Of a stretch of 64,000 nucleotides of DNA, positions 49,315 to 62,050 are shown one piece after another; the stretch's first letter is position 1, and each line of letters opens with the position of its first letter. The DNA lies in assembly GCA_030390025.1 (NCBI GenBank), contig CM059435.1, positions 87,978,001-88,042,000 on the forward strand, written 5' to 3'. Both the position numbers and the translations under genes were made by a program. This DNA is from Squalus acanthias. Taxonomy: Eukaryota. The notes below the pieces were generated by a model that saw only the letters and a program-made list of their open reading frames with translations, did no database searches and was not told where the DNA came from.

Positions 49315-51567
49315 ATAGAACATAGAACAGTACAGCACAGTACAGGCCCTTCGGCCCTCGATGTTGTGCCGAGCATTGTCCGAGACCAAGATCAAGCTAT
49401 CACACTCCCTGTCACTCTGGTGTGCTCCATGTGCTTATCCAATAACCGCTTGAAAGTTCCTAAAGTGTCCGACTCCACTATCACAGCAGGCAGTCCATTC
49501 CACACCCCAACCACTCTCTGAGTAAAGAATCTACCTCGGACATCCCTTCTATATCTCCCCCCATGCACCTTATAGCTATGCCCCCTTGTAACAGCTGCCT
49601 CTACCCGAGGAAATAGTCTCTGAACATCCACTCTATCTATCCCCCTCATCATCTTATAAACCTCTATTAAGTCGCCTCTCATCCTCCTCCGCTCTAAAGA
49701 GAAAAGCCCCAACTCCCTCAATCTTTCCTCATAAGACCTCCCCCCCAAACCAGGCAGCATCCTGGTAAATCTCCTTTGCACTCTTTCCAATGCTTCCACG
49801 TCCTTCCTATAGTGAGGTGACCAGAACTGCACACAATATTCCAAATGTGCTCTCACCAAGGTCCTGTACAGTTGCAGCATAACCTCACGGTTCTTAAACT
49901 CAAACCCTCTGTTAATAAACGCCAACACACCATAGGCCTTCTTTACTGCTCTATCCACTTGAGTGGCAACCTTCAGAGATCTGTGGATATGAACCCCCAG
50001 ATCCCTCTGCTCCTCCACGTTCCTCAGAACCCTGCCGTTGACCCTGTAATCCTTATTCACATTTGCCCTACCAAAATGAATCACCTCGCACTTATCAGGG
50101 TTAAATTCCATCTGCCATTTTTCGGCCCAGCTCTGCATCCTATCAATGTCTCTTTGCAGCCGACAACTGCCCTCCACCTCATCCACTACTCCATCAATCT
50201 TGGTGTCATCAGCAAATTTACTGATCCACCCTTCAGTCCCCTCCTCCAAGTCATTGATAAAAATCACAAACAGCAGAGGACCCAGCACCGACCCCTGTGG
50301 CACACCGCTGGTAACTGGTCTCCAGTCCGAAAATGTTCCATCCACCACCACCCTCTGCCTTCTATGAGATAGCCAGTTACTTATCCAATCGGCCAAATTT
50401 CCCTCTATCCCACAACTCCTTACTTTCTTCATGAGACGACCATGGGGAACCTTATCAAACGCCTTACTAAAATTCATGTATACGACATCAACTGCTCTAC
50501 CTTCATCTACACACTTAGTTACCTCCTCAAAGAATTCAATCAAATTTGTTAGGCAAGACTTACCCTTCACGAATCCGTGTTGACTATCCCTGATTAAGTT
50601 ACCCCTTTCCAAATGGTCATAAATCCTATCCCTCAGGACCTTTTCCATTATCTTACCAACCACCGAAGTAAGACTAACCGGCCTATAATTACCAGGGTCA
50701 TTCCTATTTCCTTTCTTGAAGAGAGGAACAACATTCGCCACTCTCCAGTCCTCTGGCACCATCCCTGTGGACAGTGAGGACCCAAAGATCAAAGCCAGAG
50801 GCTCTGCAATCTCCTCCCTTGCCTCCCAAAGAATCCTAGGATATATCCCATCTGGCCCAGGGGACTTATCGACCCTCAGGTTCTTCAAAATTGCTAAAAC
50901 ATCTTCCCTCAGAACATCTACCACCTCCAGCCTATCCACCTTTATCACACTCTCATCCTCAAGAAGATGGCCCCTCTCCTCGGTGAACACTGACGAAAAG
51001 TATTCATTCATCACCTCTCCTATCTCTTCTGACTCCATGCACAAGTTCCCACTACTGTCCTTGACCGGCCCTACCCTCACCCTGGTCATTCTTTTATTTC
51101 TCACATAAGAGTAAAAAGCCTTGGGGTTTTTCTTGATCCGACCCGCCAAGGACTTCTCATGCCCCCGCCTAGCTCTCCTAAGCTCTTTTTTTAGCTCATT
51201 CCTTGCTACCTTGTACCCCTCAATCGACCCAACTGAACCTTGTTTACTCATCCTTACATACGCTTCCTTTTTCCTCTTGACTAGACATTCAACCTCTTTT
51301 GTGAACCATGGTTCTCTCACTCGGCCATTTCCTCCCTGCCTGACAGGGACATACCTATCAAGGACACGCAGTAATTGCTCCATGAAAAAGCTGCACTTTT
51401 CGTTTGTGCCTTTCCCTGATAGTTTCTGTTCCCATCTTATACTCCCTAATTCTTGCCTAATCGCATCATAATTACCCCTCCCCCAATTATAAACCCTGCC
51501 CTGCCGTATGGCCCTATCCCTCTCCATTGCAATAGTGAAAGTTACCGAATTGTGGTCACTATCTCCA
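49315..51567 (-). mobile_element. Young 5'-truncated CR1 LINE with uninterrupted 711-aa ORF2 segment
   Basis: ORF 49392-51527: KSPGPDGI, NYRPVSLTS, GVPQGSVLGP, FADD. TTCTATG-type tail; inserted into an L2 3' fragment. Confidence 0.95.
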
Positions 51568-54500
51568 CTTAGCTAGCACTTTGAATGTAGAAAAATGCCT
51601 GAAGGCAATTCAGAGGTGTAATGGAAAAAATGGATGCTGAGCTAAAGGAGGATGACCAAACATTAGGTGAAGCAGATGGGGCTTAAAAGGGGTGGGGGAA
51701 ATCCAGAGCAAGAGGCCTAGGCAGCTAACGGCATGGCTACCAGTGGTGGGGCGAGTGGAGGGAAGGATACACAAGAGGCTGGCGTCAGAGGAAGAGCGAG
51801 GTGGAGGGGGGGGAGGTTGTAGTGCTGGAAGAGCAAGGGCATGGAGGGAATTAAACAAAAGGATGAGCATTGTAAAATTTGAAGCATTGGGAGACCAGCA
51901 GACTGGCAAGGATACGGGTGCGGGGCAGGATATAGGCAGCAGAGTTTTGGATGAGCTGTTTGCAGTAATTTTCCTTTCCAAATACTTCTTGCACCACTGT
52001 ATCGAATCAATCCATCCCAAGAAAATATACTTTATCGGGTCATAAAATGCAATTTCTAGTTAAAATAAAATTTGAGCACGGCAAAGAGTGTTTCGGGTAA
52101 GAAATGTGCACACTAATGAGCAGTTATGCAGATTGGCAAGTCAGTACTTCTACACTGCATTTAAGCAAGAAAGAGGAATTTGTATATTAGAACACAGATG
52201 GTAGGAATGCTACCGGAAGCTAAAGGTGCAAATTTATCTTGTGTGGTATTATATTGAAGAGAAAAAAAGAAAAACAATTTCCAGTGTAAACTGATTACAA
52301 TTCAGTTTCTGCAAGTGTCCTTTGAATCTTGTTTCTGCAATATAGTACATCTTTTGGAGTATTATTTCATGCCATCTGATCTATACTCTGGCTTTGAAGG
52401 AGAGTATTATGCAAATTCTGGATGGATCAGATTCAGCTCTGATCAATAATGATCTGAATTGAATTTGATGAAACATATAACTGAGGCGTTGCGTAGAATT
52501 ATTAAACCATTTTTCAAGAGTGCTATTTAACAGGTTTGCTATGCTTAGAATTAGTTTAGTTTATTTTCCATTGTTTTCCTCTGAGATTTAACTACATTTT
52601 AGAAAAGACACTGCTGTAAACAGAGTGGATTATCCAGATGTGTTGTGGATAGAGTATACCCAAGAGTATAGAGCATAATAAGGGTAATGCTTGATAACAA
52701 GTGATGGAGGTGTTAAACACTTTGTCAAAGGCATCTAGATCTTTAACCATTTGATAGTTTATATTTATATATGTAATGTAATAAATATTTTTTTAGAAAA
52801 TATTACATGTGTATTGTAACTGAATGTTGAGCTTTACAGCAGGTAAACACTAATTGACTATGTTCAATTGGCTTAGGTGTTCCCTTGACTTGCCAGATTT
52901 GTAGTCGATTAGTCATGACCGTGAACAGTGGTTAGTCATTGAGGTGTTGTGTAGTGCTAACACTGACTGTGTGACATGCTGGCCCTTATGTTCCTTTTAT
53001 TGAGTTGAACACAAATTAACTGGCGTCTCTTGACAGTTTATAGTAACCAAAGCTCCACTTTGCTGGCGCGTGGCCAGTAACTAAAAGACAACCAACTATC
53101 TTATTCAAGGTTGAGTGGTGTTATTTTAACTTGTTGGCCTTCAATGCATATAAGGATGACCTGAAATATCAACGTTATTTTTTAAAGTGTACTCATGCTT
53201 TTTTATTTTTCAGTAATTTGTTTTTTGTGTGTGTGTTAGTTAGTTACTAGAGGGAAGATTGTTATAAATTCTTCATCCTGTTTAACCTTCATGTATCGCC
53301 AACTTTGGTGTCACGAAACTTCAAATGAATTGATTTCCTTTGGATCAATACCTGCTTGTAGTTGCATATCTAAACAACAACTTGCATACACAAACAAAGG
53401 ATAGCATGATGTTTCAGAGTGTCAGTGATCAATACATCATGTCACCTCAATCCAAAACCAGGATGTGAATGTGCTCAATAGCTTGAAGGGCTACGAAAAA
53501 CAGTTGAGCTTTGCATTGTCAGCTGAAGTAGATCGAGTATGTTACTGCTACCTCTTCTCATCCAGTATCTTCCTTTACACAAAGTCCAAAGTTATTTCCA
53601 GCATTCTCTTGTTGACGGGCATAAAAACAAGCCGCTGTTCAAAAAGCATGACATCTTTCCTAGAGATTTATATATGCATTAGTAACTATTGGAATATTCA
53701 GAATTATCAAGAGTATATAGGCACCGTCTTCCTGGTCACAGGTTCTTCGCCCCCTCCCCAAAAAAAGTCAGTTTAAATTTTGGTTTTGGTAACTCTTGTT
53801 CTTGCCTTGCAGCTTAACTGTACCATTGATGAAACAGAAATACCTGGTTATTTTAATTTAATTTTATTTATGGGTGGGTGTATGTAGGTAGTGAAGAGTA
53901 TTGATTATTTAAAATGGGTCAGTTTTTCCAGAGAGTATAGTCACTAATGCCCATGTACTGAGAATTTTGACAGTTAAATTACTCCGTACCACTGGGCATT
54001 CCTCCTCTAGTTTTAGGCTTGGATGGTTTACTCACACTTGTACCATAATTAATACAAGTCCTATTTGTCCAGAATAATTACTGCAGGGACTTGCAGTGTG
54101 AGAACCAAACTGACCTCGGCTGGCTAGGCCTAGAGTGCAGTGCCTTTCTGCAGTTGGACTTGCTGAGCTTTTGAGGAACCTGTGTGGAAAACCACTTGTA
54201 TGTTCAAAGGTAGAACTTAACCCTGCAAGTGTTGCGGTGCGGCAGCAATAAGCAGTTCAGGAGCTCTTTTATTTAACATCCGCAGCTTTATTTTATTAGC
54301 TGGAGTGCGCAGCTTCTCAATGAAAGGAGGCTGCCATAAAAGTCTTTTTAAATTGAGCCTGGAAGAAATGGTCAGCAATTTGCTAACTTGGTAACTATTG
54401 TAGCACACATGAGGTCATACTATGGGTTTGCTTGGGCTGTGTTTTTATTTATTTTTCCTCTGGTTGAAGTATAATATTACCTTTTTTTTATAAGCTGAAG

Positions 54501-55376
54501 TTTGTGTAATTGAAGGCAAATGCTGCATATGGTTGAATATTAAACAAACTACAGCCGATTTAAGGAGGTTTACTGAAAATCCTGTAACTCGAAGTTTCCA
54601 GTGAATTACAGCATTATCTTCATCAATTAAATAACCCTAGTAATCAATCACTGCTTGTGTAATGCTCACATCTTGGTATCCATGGGGTTTGTGTGAAGGG
54701 CAGTTTCAAATCGCAGACATTGGTGGGAGGACACATTGATTTTGCTGTTAAACTTTACTGAAATTATTATACCGTAACATGAGTAATGTAACTTTTCTTC
54801 AGTTTGGTGAATTCAAAGTGTCATGTGCACTGAAATTACCAACTATAGGCAGATTAAATTTCCTTTCTGAATTTTCAAACTGGAGTAGGATGTTACCTTA
54901 ATATAGGTTACATGTAATGTAGGCACACTGCCAAATGGTCAGTGAACTGTTAAGATTGTTTAGCCTATATTCCATAATATGAACCCCAAATTCAGGCACT
55001 TTAAAGTGAAAATGCCCTGAAGGGAACTTCTATTGAAGTAACTGCTGATGCTGCGCTTTACCATGGCCACAACTCAGTCGCTTTAGCTACATCCTTTTGG
55101 ATGGATTTGTATTTGTTCTGTAGCAGAGCCTGTGTCGACCTTTAACATTGTAAAATGTTTTCTGTATAAAAATGCACTTCAAGGTGCAGCATACATAAAA
55201 GCATACTGCGGTTTTAAAAGACTCTTTGAAGCAGTTAGCAGACATGCCATAGATTAAATCTTTCAAGCAAGGATGCGGACTTCAAATCAGAACTAAGAAT
55301 ATTCTAAATTGTCTTTAATTACATGTTCATAGTCTTAATTTCTGTTGAGAATTCAAAAGAACATTACTATGCTGCA

Positions 55377-55406
55377 GTGTGTGTGTATATATATATATAT
55401 ATATAC
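55377..55406. repeat. (GT)n(AT)n microsatellite, followed by a 17-bp tandem duplication at about 55420-55458
   Basis: gtgtgtgtgtatatatatatatatatatac; ATCTAAATGGGTGTATT twice. Confidence 0.85.
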
Positions 55407-58400
55407 ATGTATAAAGAAAAATCTAAATGGGTGTATTATCTAAATGGGTGTATTATCTTTGGCCCACATAAAAGCCACTTGTGCATCGACTCATTTTATT
55501 ACATAATATTTTTCGACACTGTGTAACTTATGTTTAACTGGTACTTTCGATAGATATTTCAATGGCTTAATCATTTCCCATGCAAACTTTAAAAAAAAAT
55601 TAAACAGAGATGTAATGAAAGACCTCACATATAAACCATGTTTCATTATATATAATTGGGAACATGCACAAGTACAAGATGAACACACTGAACTTTTGCT
55701 TTTGGAAATTACGGTTCAAGGGGAGAAAAAAATAATACTTTTGAGACCAATGTTTTTGGAAAGAAAAATATTCTTGTCACAAAGTATTTGCAGCACAGAA
55801 ACCGGTCATTCGGCCCAACTGGTCCCTGCTGGTGTCACGTATCTAACTTTATTCATTGTTTTAGAACCTTTTTATTATTACACCAAACTATTTCAGAAGG
55901 TGATTTGACTATTAGAACTGCCCTGTTTTTATAGTACGGGCAGATTTTAGAAATAATACTGGAATGTTTTTATGTTGTATCTTATATCAAAATGTCTCAA
56001 AGTGCTTCACTCAATGGATTATCTCCTGGAATGTTGTTACACAGGCAGATGTGGCAGCCATTCTGAGCAAGTGGCTTCCCATAGATAGTTATGATATGAA
56101 TAACCAATTAACCTGTTCTTCGATACAGGTAAGTGAGTTACAGGAGTGGGTAGGGGCAAAGGAAACAAAAAAAAGTCAATGCTGCTGCCAGCAGGAGTGG
56201 CTGGCACCCTACCTGCTGCCCCTCATGGAGTAGATATAGTGGTTAGTACGATTAGTTGGTTCAATATCTGTACAGAGAGGAGCATAGGGGTTTCGGGGCA
56301 CTTTTATTCATGAGGAAATGCTATTGACAGCAGACGTGTAGTTTCCCACTGTAGTTGCAACTCTCAAATATAAAGGAGTTCCTTCCAGATTCTGACTGCA
56401 TTGCAGACTCCAATTTCCATGGGTCTTGCAGCAACTTGTCAACAGATTAAACATACATAGGGTCTGTTTGGCTCTGTGATGGCACACATTTCTGAGTCAG
56501 ATGTTTCTGGGACTTGAGTACATATTGTAGGCCAACAGTTCAGTCCAGTAATGCAGGATTAATGAGACATTTGAATCAAGGCCTCATTTCCTTGCTTAGG
56601 TGGAGGTTAAAGGTGCTATGGCACTTTCTGAAGAAGAGCAAGGAGTTCTCCCAGAGTCCTGACCAACATTTATCCCTCAACCAGCGCTACCAAAACAGAT
56701 TAACTGGGCATTCATCTTATTTATTGTTTGTGGAATCTTGCTGTGTGGAAATGTTTTCCTACATAAAGTGCTTCGGGATATCTTGAACGTGAAAGACACC
56801 ATATAAATGACAGTTTTTTTTCTTGTATGTAATTTGACTTTTTGTAAATAGGACAGCATTTAATTTTATAGATTCATTTTTCCTTTTTGGATTGGGAAGC
56901 AGTCATTATGACGCCAGAATGCCCCGCTCTCCGATTTCCACATGCCCAGTGTGGAATCAGTCTACTTCAACAGCAGTGGCAGATCAGATAATAAATTGGG
57001 AAGAGTTGCGCACAGAGGTTATTTTATTGTCGTTTTATGTGATTGGATCCCAGGGGAGCTATCGTGAGCCATGCACGTTGGTGGTGGCTGCATCTCTTTA
57101 GCTACTGCCATTAATGGCAGTGTGGAGATTGAAGGCCGGACTCCCGACATCTGGAACCACACCCCAGTGGCGAGTCTCCAGTAAGTTGAAAGCAGTAAAT
57201 GCACCACCTGTAAACTAGCTTTTAACTTGGTTTTTGTGCCGCTCGCTCTTGATGCACTGTAGCCAGCACCAAACACAAGGTGTACTTATCAGATTAGTTA
57301 AGGCACTGGTCATAACTCACCTGAGTTTCCCTTATGTTGTCTATCTGGCCCCAGTAAATGCACTAATCCAACAGCAACATGATACCTGGTAAGTGTTTTG
57401 GGACATCCTGAGAATGCAAGCGATGCTGTATAATTTTTCTTCTGATTTGTTCTTTATCCATGAGCACCTGCCACACCGCCAAAACTAGTCTGCACATATG
57501 CTACAGATGTGGATTTGCTTTGCAGCTGGTTCACATGGAGACCCCTGCACAAGTTGGCTGCAAGTATGGGAGAGCCGCACACTTGGGATCCTGTCTCGAG
57601 ACCTGGGCAGCAGTTTAAAGCAGCTGCTGCTGGTTTCAATAGCAAGGACAACGACAGATTCGCAGTGTAAATGGACTGTTAGCAGCAATCCTGACTTGTA
57701 TTTGTTTCAGGATTGTTGGCAGGAAATGAGTTAAGCACTTTTGATTTTAGTTTTTTTTTTCCTGTTTTTTTGTTTTAACATTTCAAACAAAAGATGAAAG
57801 CTCAGGATGTAATTCCTGTAACAATGAGATGAACTGCTTCCCTGAAGTTCCCTCTGGTTCAATTAGATTGCCAAAAGGTGTCTGGTCAAGTTAATAGTCC
57901 TTGAGTTAGCAATGGCAGCCTAGTTCTTGCTCAATGGAAATGTGAATGAACCTGTTCTCGCAGTGAATGCTGTGTTAGCTTTTGACACCTGTGTCTGACA
58001 TTGAAACCGTTGATATGTTCTTGGAGTCTTTGATGGCACAGCAGTTAAAAACCAAATAGAATTGTAATCAGCACAGGAAGCCATAAAGTTCTCCCTTTTT
58101 TCTGAGATGTTTGGCATGGTGCCGTGGATCTGTGTGTCTGCAATCGACACAGAGCATTACGTGGAGTGCTGGCCATTCCTAGTCCTTCAATTCCAGTTGT
58201 TAAACTTTTCCTAAAAGCCACACAAATGAATGATGAGATGAGACAAAATCTTTTATAAAAAAAAAAAAAAAATTCTGAACAGGAAGTTTAGTTATAAGGA
58301 AATCGCATGAGATACCTCGGCAGAAAAAATAATCACCAGAAAATAATATTTAGCTATTCATACATTATTCATTCTGAGCACGTCAAATCAGAATGACCTT

Positions 58401-59462
58401 CATGTAAAATAATCAGTTGTCCAGTGAGGCTTTGCAGCCATCCTTATTGTAATCCAGTGACCTGCCTCCTTAATCAAAGCAGGTTTTTTTAAATGTGGAA
58501 TTGAAGCTTGAAATTACATCAGGTGGTTACTCAGAAATAAAGTAAGTGTTCGGGATAAGTCCACCTAAGCGTTGAACAAGTGCAGTGTCCAAATGTTCAA
58601 GACTTTTGTTTTTCAGTACAAAACCGCTAACAAACCATGTGCGTGGTATACAATTCCACATCTATTTTTGGATAGCCTGTGACTGTATATAGTAATTATT
58701 TTATAATGATGAGGAATAGTTAACATGGACAGTAATTTCCTGTTTCACGGAATGACAGTAGTTTTTTTCACAGTGCACAATTAGAGATCAGATGAATGGG
58801 GGAAAATAGCAGTTTTTCCACAAGACTACTTGCTCTCCCTTCCGAATTTTTGTTACGTTTTATTTTCTCATGTATTTTATTATTTTTGTCTGCCTGGCCT
58901 GACGCCACTACTTCAGCTGAGAGAGTGGGCAGTCAGCCTACTGCCAGGCGACCGCCATGCCCCCATAGCTGGTCTAGGAGGTGCCAGGGACTGTCCATGA
59001 GCAATTCTCCCTTCTGGTTTTTGCTCCCCCGCCCCTATTGGAAGATATCGGAACCATTGCACGTGTAATTGGGGCGTAAAGCAAAAACCTAGCATAAAAG
59101 ATCGCGGAAACTTGGGCGCAAGTGTGTGACGCAGGTAATTATGCTACATCCGATTTACTCGCCCTTTTACGCCCATATATTGGTTTTTCTTTGAGCCTCG
59201 ATTGTTACATGTTTACATTCTGGCATATGGTAATAAAATTGGCAGGAAATTTGGGTGTAAATAGACATCAGCAAAATGGACGCACGAATGGGTGTAATTT
59301 CGGGTGTAACTTCCAGATTACGGCCCCATAGGAAATTCCATCCCGTGTGCTCAAGTAAAAAGCCAAGATTTTGAATAAAGCTTGAAACATGCTCCAGCCA
59401 GTCTCCCGAGTGTTGTTTAAATAGTCTAGAACCCTTTATATGGTGTCAGAACTGGGATCAAA

Positions 59463-62050
59463 ATGGAAGATTTAAAGCTTGCAGATCACTTGACCAGAAG
59501 GGAATATTGCAGAAGCGTGGAGAAAATAGAAAAATGCTCTTACTTGTTTGTAACGGAATGGGCTTTGGCTGATATTTTACTATATGTGGCAGATGAAGAA
59601 GCAATAGCATATATAATTTTATGTATGATTGGGAGGATTAATGGAAACTGATTTGTTAATGGACAAGTTTGAGGAATATTTCACAACTCTGAAAAATATT
59701 TCATATGAAGACGGGTTTAATATCTGGTTCTAAGCTCAGTACATAGACTACCTCATTTAACGACAGCATTGCAACCGAGATAGCAGCTGATCAAGTCAGA
59801 GGCAACTCACCTTAAAGAGAGAGAATCTAGATCGACAGAAAGCAGTTGATGATAGAGGAGCAGAAGCCATTAAAACACTTGTGCAATACTAGCAGCCCAA
59901 TAAGTGATAAGTGGGGCGGGATGCTACTTCATACAATTAAAAAGAAAAATGAGATCTATCTGGTCAACAAAGCTCATAGATTGTAATTGCTATCCTTCAT
60001 CATGAGAGAATTTTTTTCCAGTACTGCTTTTGGTATATGAAAACCATTTTGCTGAAAGTGTGCAAAATCATCCTTGTCAGACAGGTAAAGAAAATGCATA
60101 GAGAAGAACAACAATAGGAGATTAAAAATGATTTGTTTTATGGATGTGATTCACACATGATAATGAATCAACCTCAAGGTAAACGACACACGACAGAGCT
60201 GTTCATTTTAAGCAGGACACAGGCGCTCAATGTAATGTCCTGCCACAATCCGTTTGCAAGAAGCTAAGTAAGAAACTAAGTATGAACTGAGCAAGTCTAA
60301 TGCAAAGTTGGTGATCTACTCTGGCCAAAATATCACCACATAAGAGAATGTAATGAGGCATGTGAATATAAAGGCAATTACCAAGGTCGAGAATTTCAAA
60401 TTCCCGAATAGCGAATACAGGCAATCCTTATCCAGTAAACTCTTGTTTAAACGGCACTTTATCATCTGGAATACTTTAATAACCGGCAAAATAGATATAT
60501 CTCAATACAAAACAACACCTCAATAACCGGTAATCTTGCCGATTCTAGCATACATTTAACTGAACATTCTGTAGGTGAGTACCCAATTATACAGTACATT
60601 TCTTGATTTTTTTATTTTTGTTTGTGTTAAAAATTGCCTTGGTAGGTATACCCCTCTGTTATCCAGAATTTTTCATCAACCAGCACCATCCTGGTCCCAT
60701 AGGTGCCAGATAAGAAAGACTTTACTGTACTTCGAGCAGGCTGACAGTTAGGATTGAACAGCACAATTGATGCAGTCGCTAACAATAAATGCCTAAAAGC
60801 AATTGAAGTATGCTGCTGGATTTAGGGACATAGGGATTCACAGCACAGGAAAAGACCTTGTGCGATCTATCGAGCCAGTCCCAGTGTCTTTATTGAAAGG
60901 TTTGGGATGCAGAGCAGGAAATCTGAGCACATGCTCAACTGACAGTCACACATCTACCAAGGAAAGTGGCAGTAACACTTTGTGATAAAGTTTGCAATGG
61001 GTTAAATAGAATGGAGAAGTTTGGTATAATAAAGTGAAAGAACCAAAGTGAGACAGCAGTATGATAACACTAGTTACGCCAAACTGTGAACGAGTGAGAA
61101 TGTGCCTTGGCCATAAAGATTTAAATGAAGCCACAGAATGAAAACATTATCCAACATAGTTCATGGAGGAAATGGTGTCATGGCTATCAAATGCCCCAAA
61201 TCTTCAGCACACTTAATCCACCTGAATTAAGTTAAGAATGCAAAAAATGTCAATTATATAGGGCGCAGAAGGACTCGAGGAAGGGGGTGGGGGAGATGGA
61301 GGTATTCAAATGTGTGGTGGAAAAACAAGCAACAAAAAAGATCTGAAACAGTATCTTGGTATGGTTGATTAGGCAGTTTCCTATTGAGTTCCAGGTTGCC
61401 AGAATCTGAGAAAGCTACTTGGAAAAATATATAGCATGGCATTGGACTGAGGAGCATGTTGCGAAGAAACGTTTGGTGTAAGAAACCCTAGTGCAGAAAT
61501 AGTCACGGTGACCAAGCCAACGAGGATTAGTGTTGATGCTTCCAGTTCAGGAATGGGAGTAGTATTACTGCAAGAGGAATAAACCATAGAGTTTGCGTCA
61601 TGTTCATTTACATAATTGTATGTCCGGGTCGCAACTTGCAGCTATAGCATTTGGGTACAAAAATTTCCACCAACATGCACATTAAATTTTGTGGTGGGGA
61701 GTGACCGTGAACCTATAAAAGTTTGTGAAACCCTACCCAAACTATAGAATGTGTTACATAAGTTGCAAAAGTCTAGTTTGTCAGCAGAGCCCAAGAATGG
61801 AGCAGAAGTGTCTGTAGCCTATGGATTGAGTTGAAGCTATCTACCAGAAGCTGATGGTGCAGGTGATAAAGATGATCAAGTAACTGTGCATGATATTCTG
61901 TCTTCATCTATTGCAATGTTGACTAGGTGAGATGATAACAGAAACTGGGGAAGACTAGTCATTGTAAATCCTGAAATCCCTGATCTTGCAGGCATTTCCA
62001 GAGTGACAAACAAATCTGAAGTTCATCCTAAAATACGGCAGTATTGGGAC
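59463..62050 (+). mobile_element. Highly decayed Ty3/Gypsy gag-pol relic
   Basis: Gag-like ILLYVADEEAI and DKFEEYFTTLKNISYE; RNase H-like VDASSSGMGVVLLQEE*TIEFAS and AIAFGYKNFHQH. LTRs not identified. Confidence 0.6.
60433..60727. mobile_element. Tigger/pogo-type MITE nested in the Gypsy relic
   Basis: TIRs CAGTAAACTCTT and AAGACTTTACTG, followed by TA on the right; left TA not intact. Confidence 0.55.

Noticed and set aside
49845-51471. Plus-strand ORFs of 116-175 aa
   Set aside because: Antisense shadows of the CR1 ORF2. The same applies to the minus-strand ORFs over the Penelope ORF.
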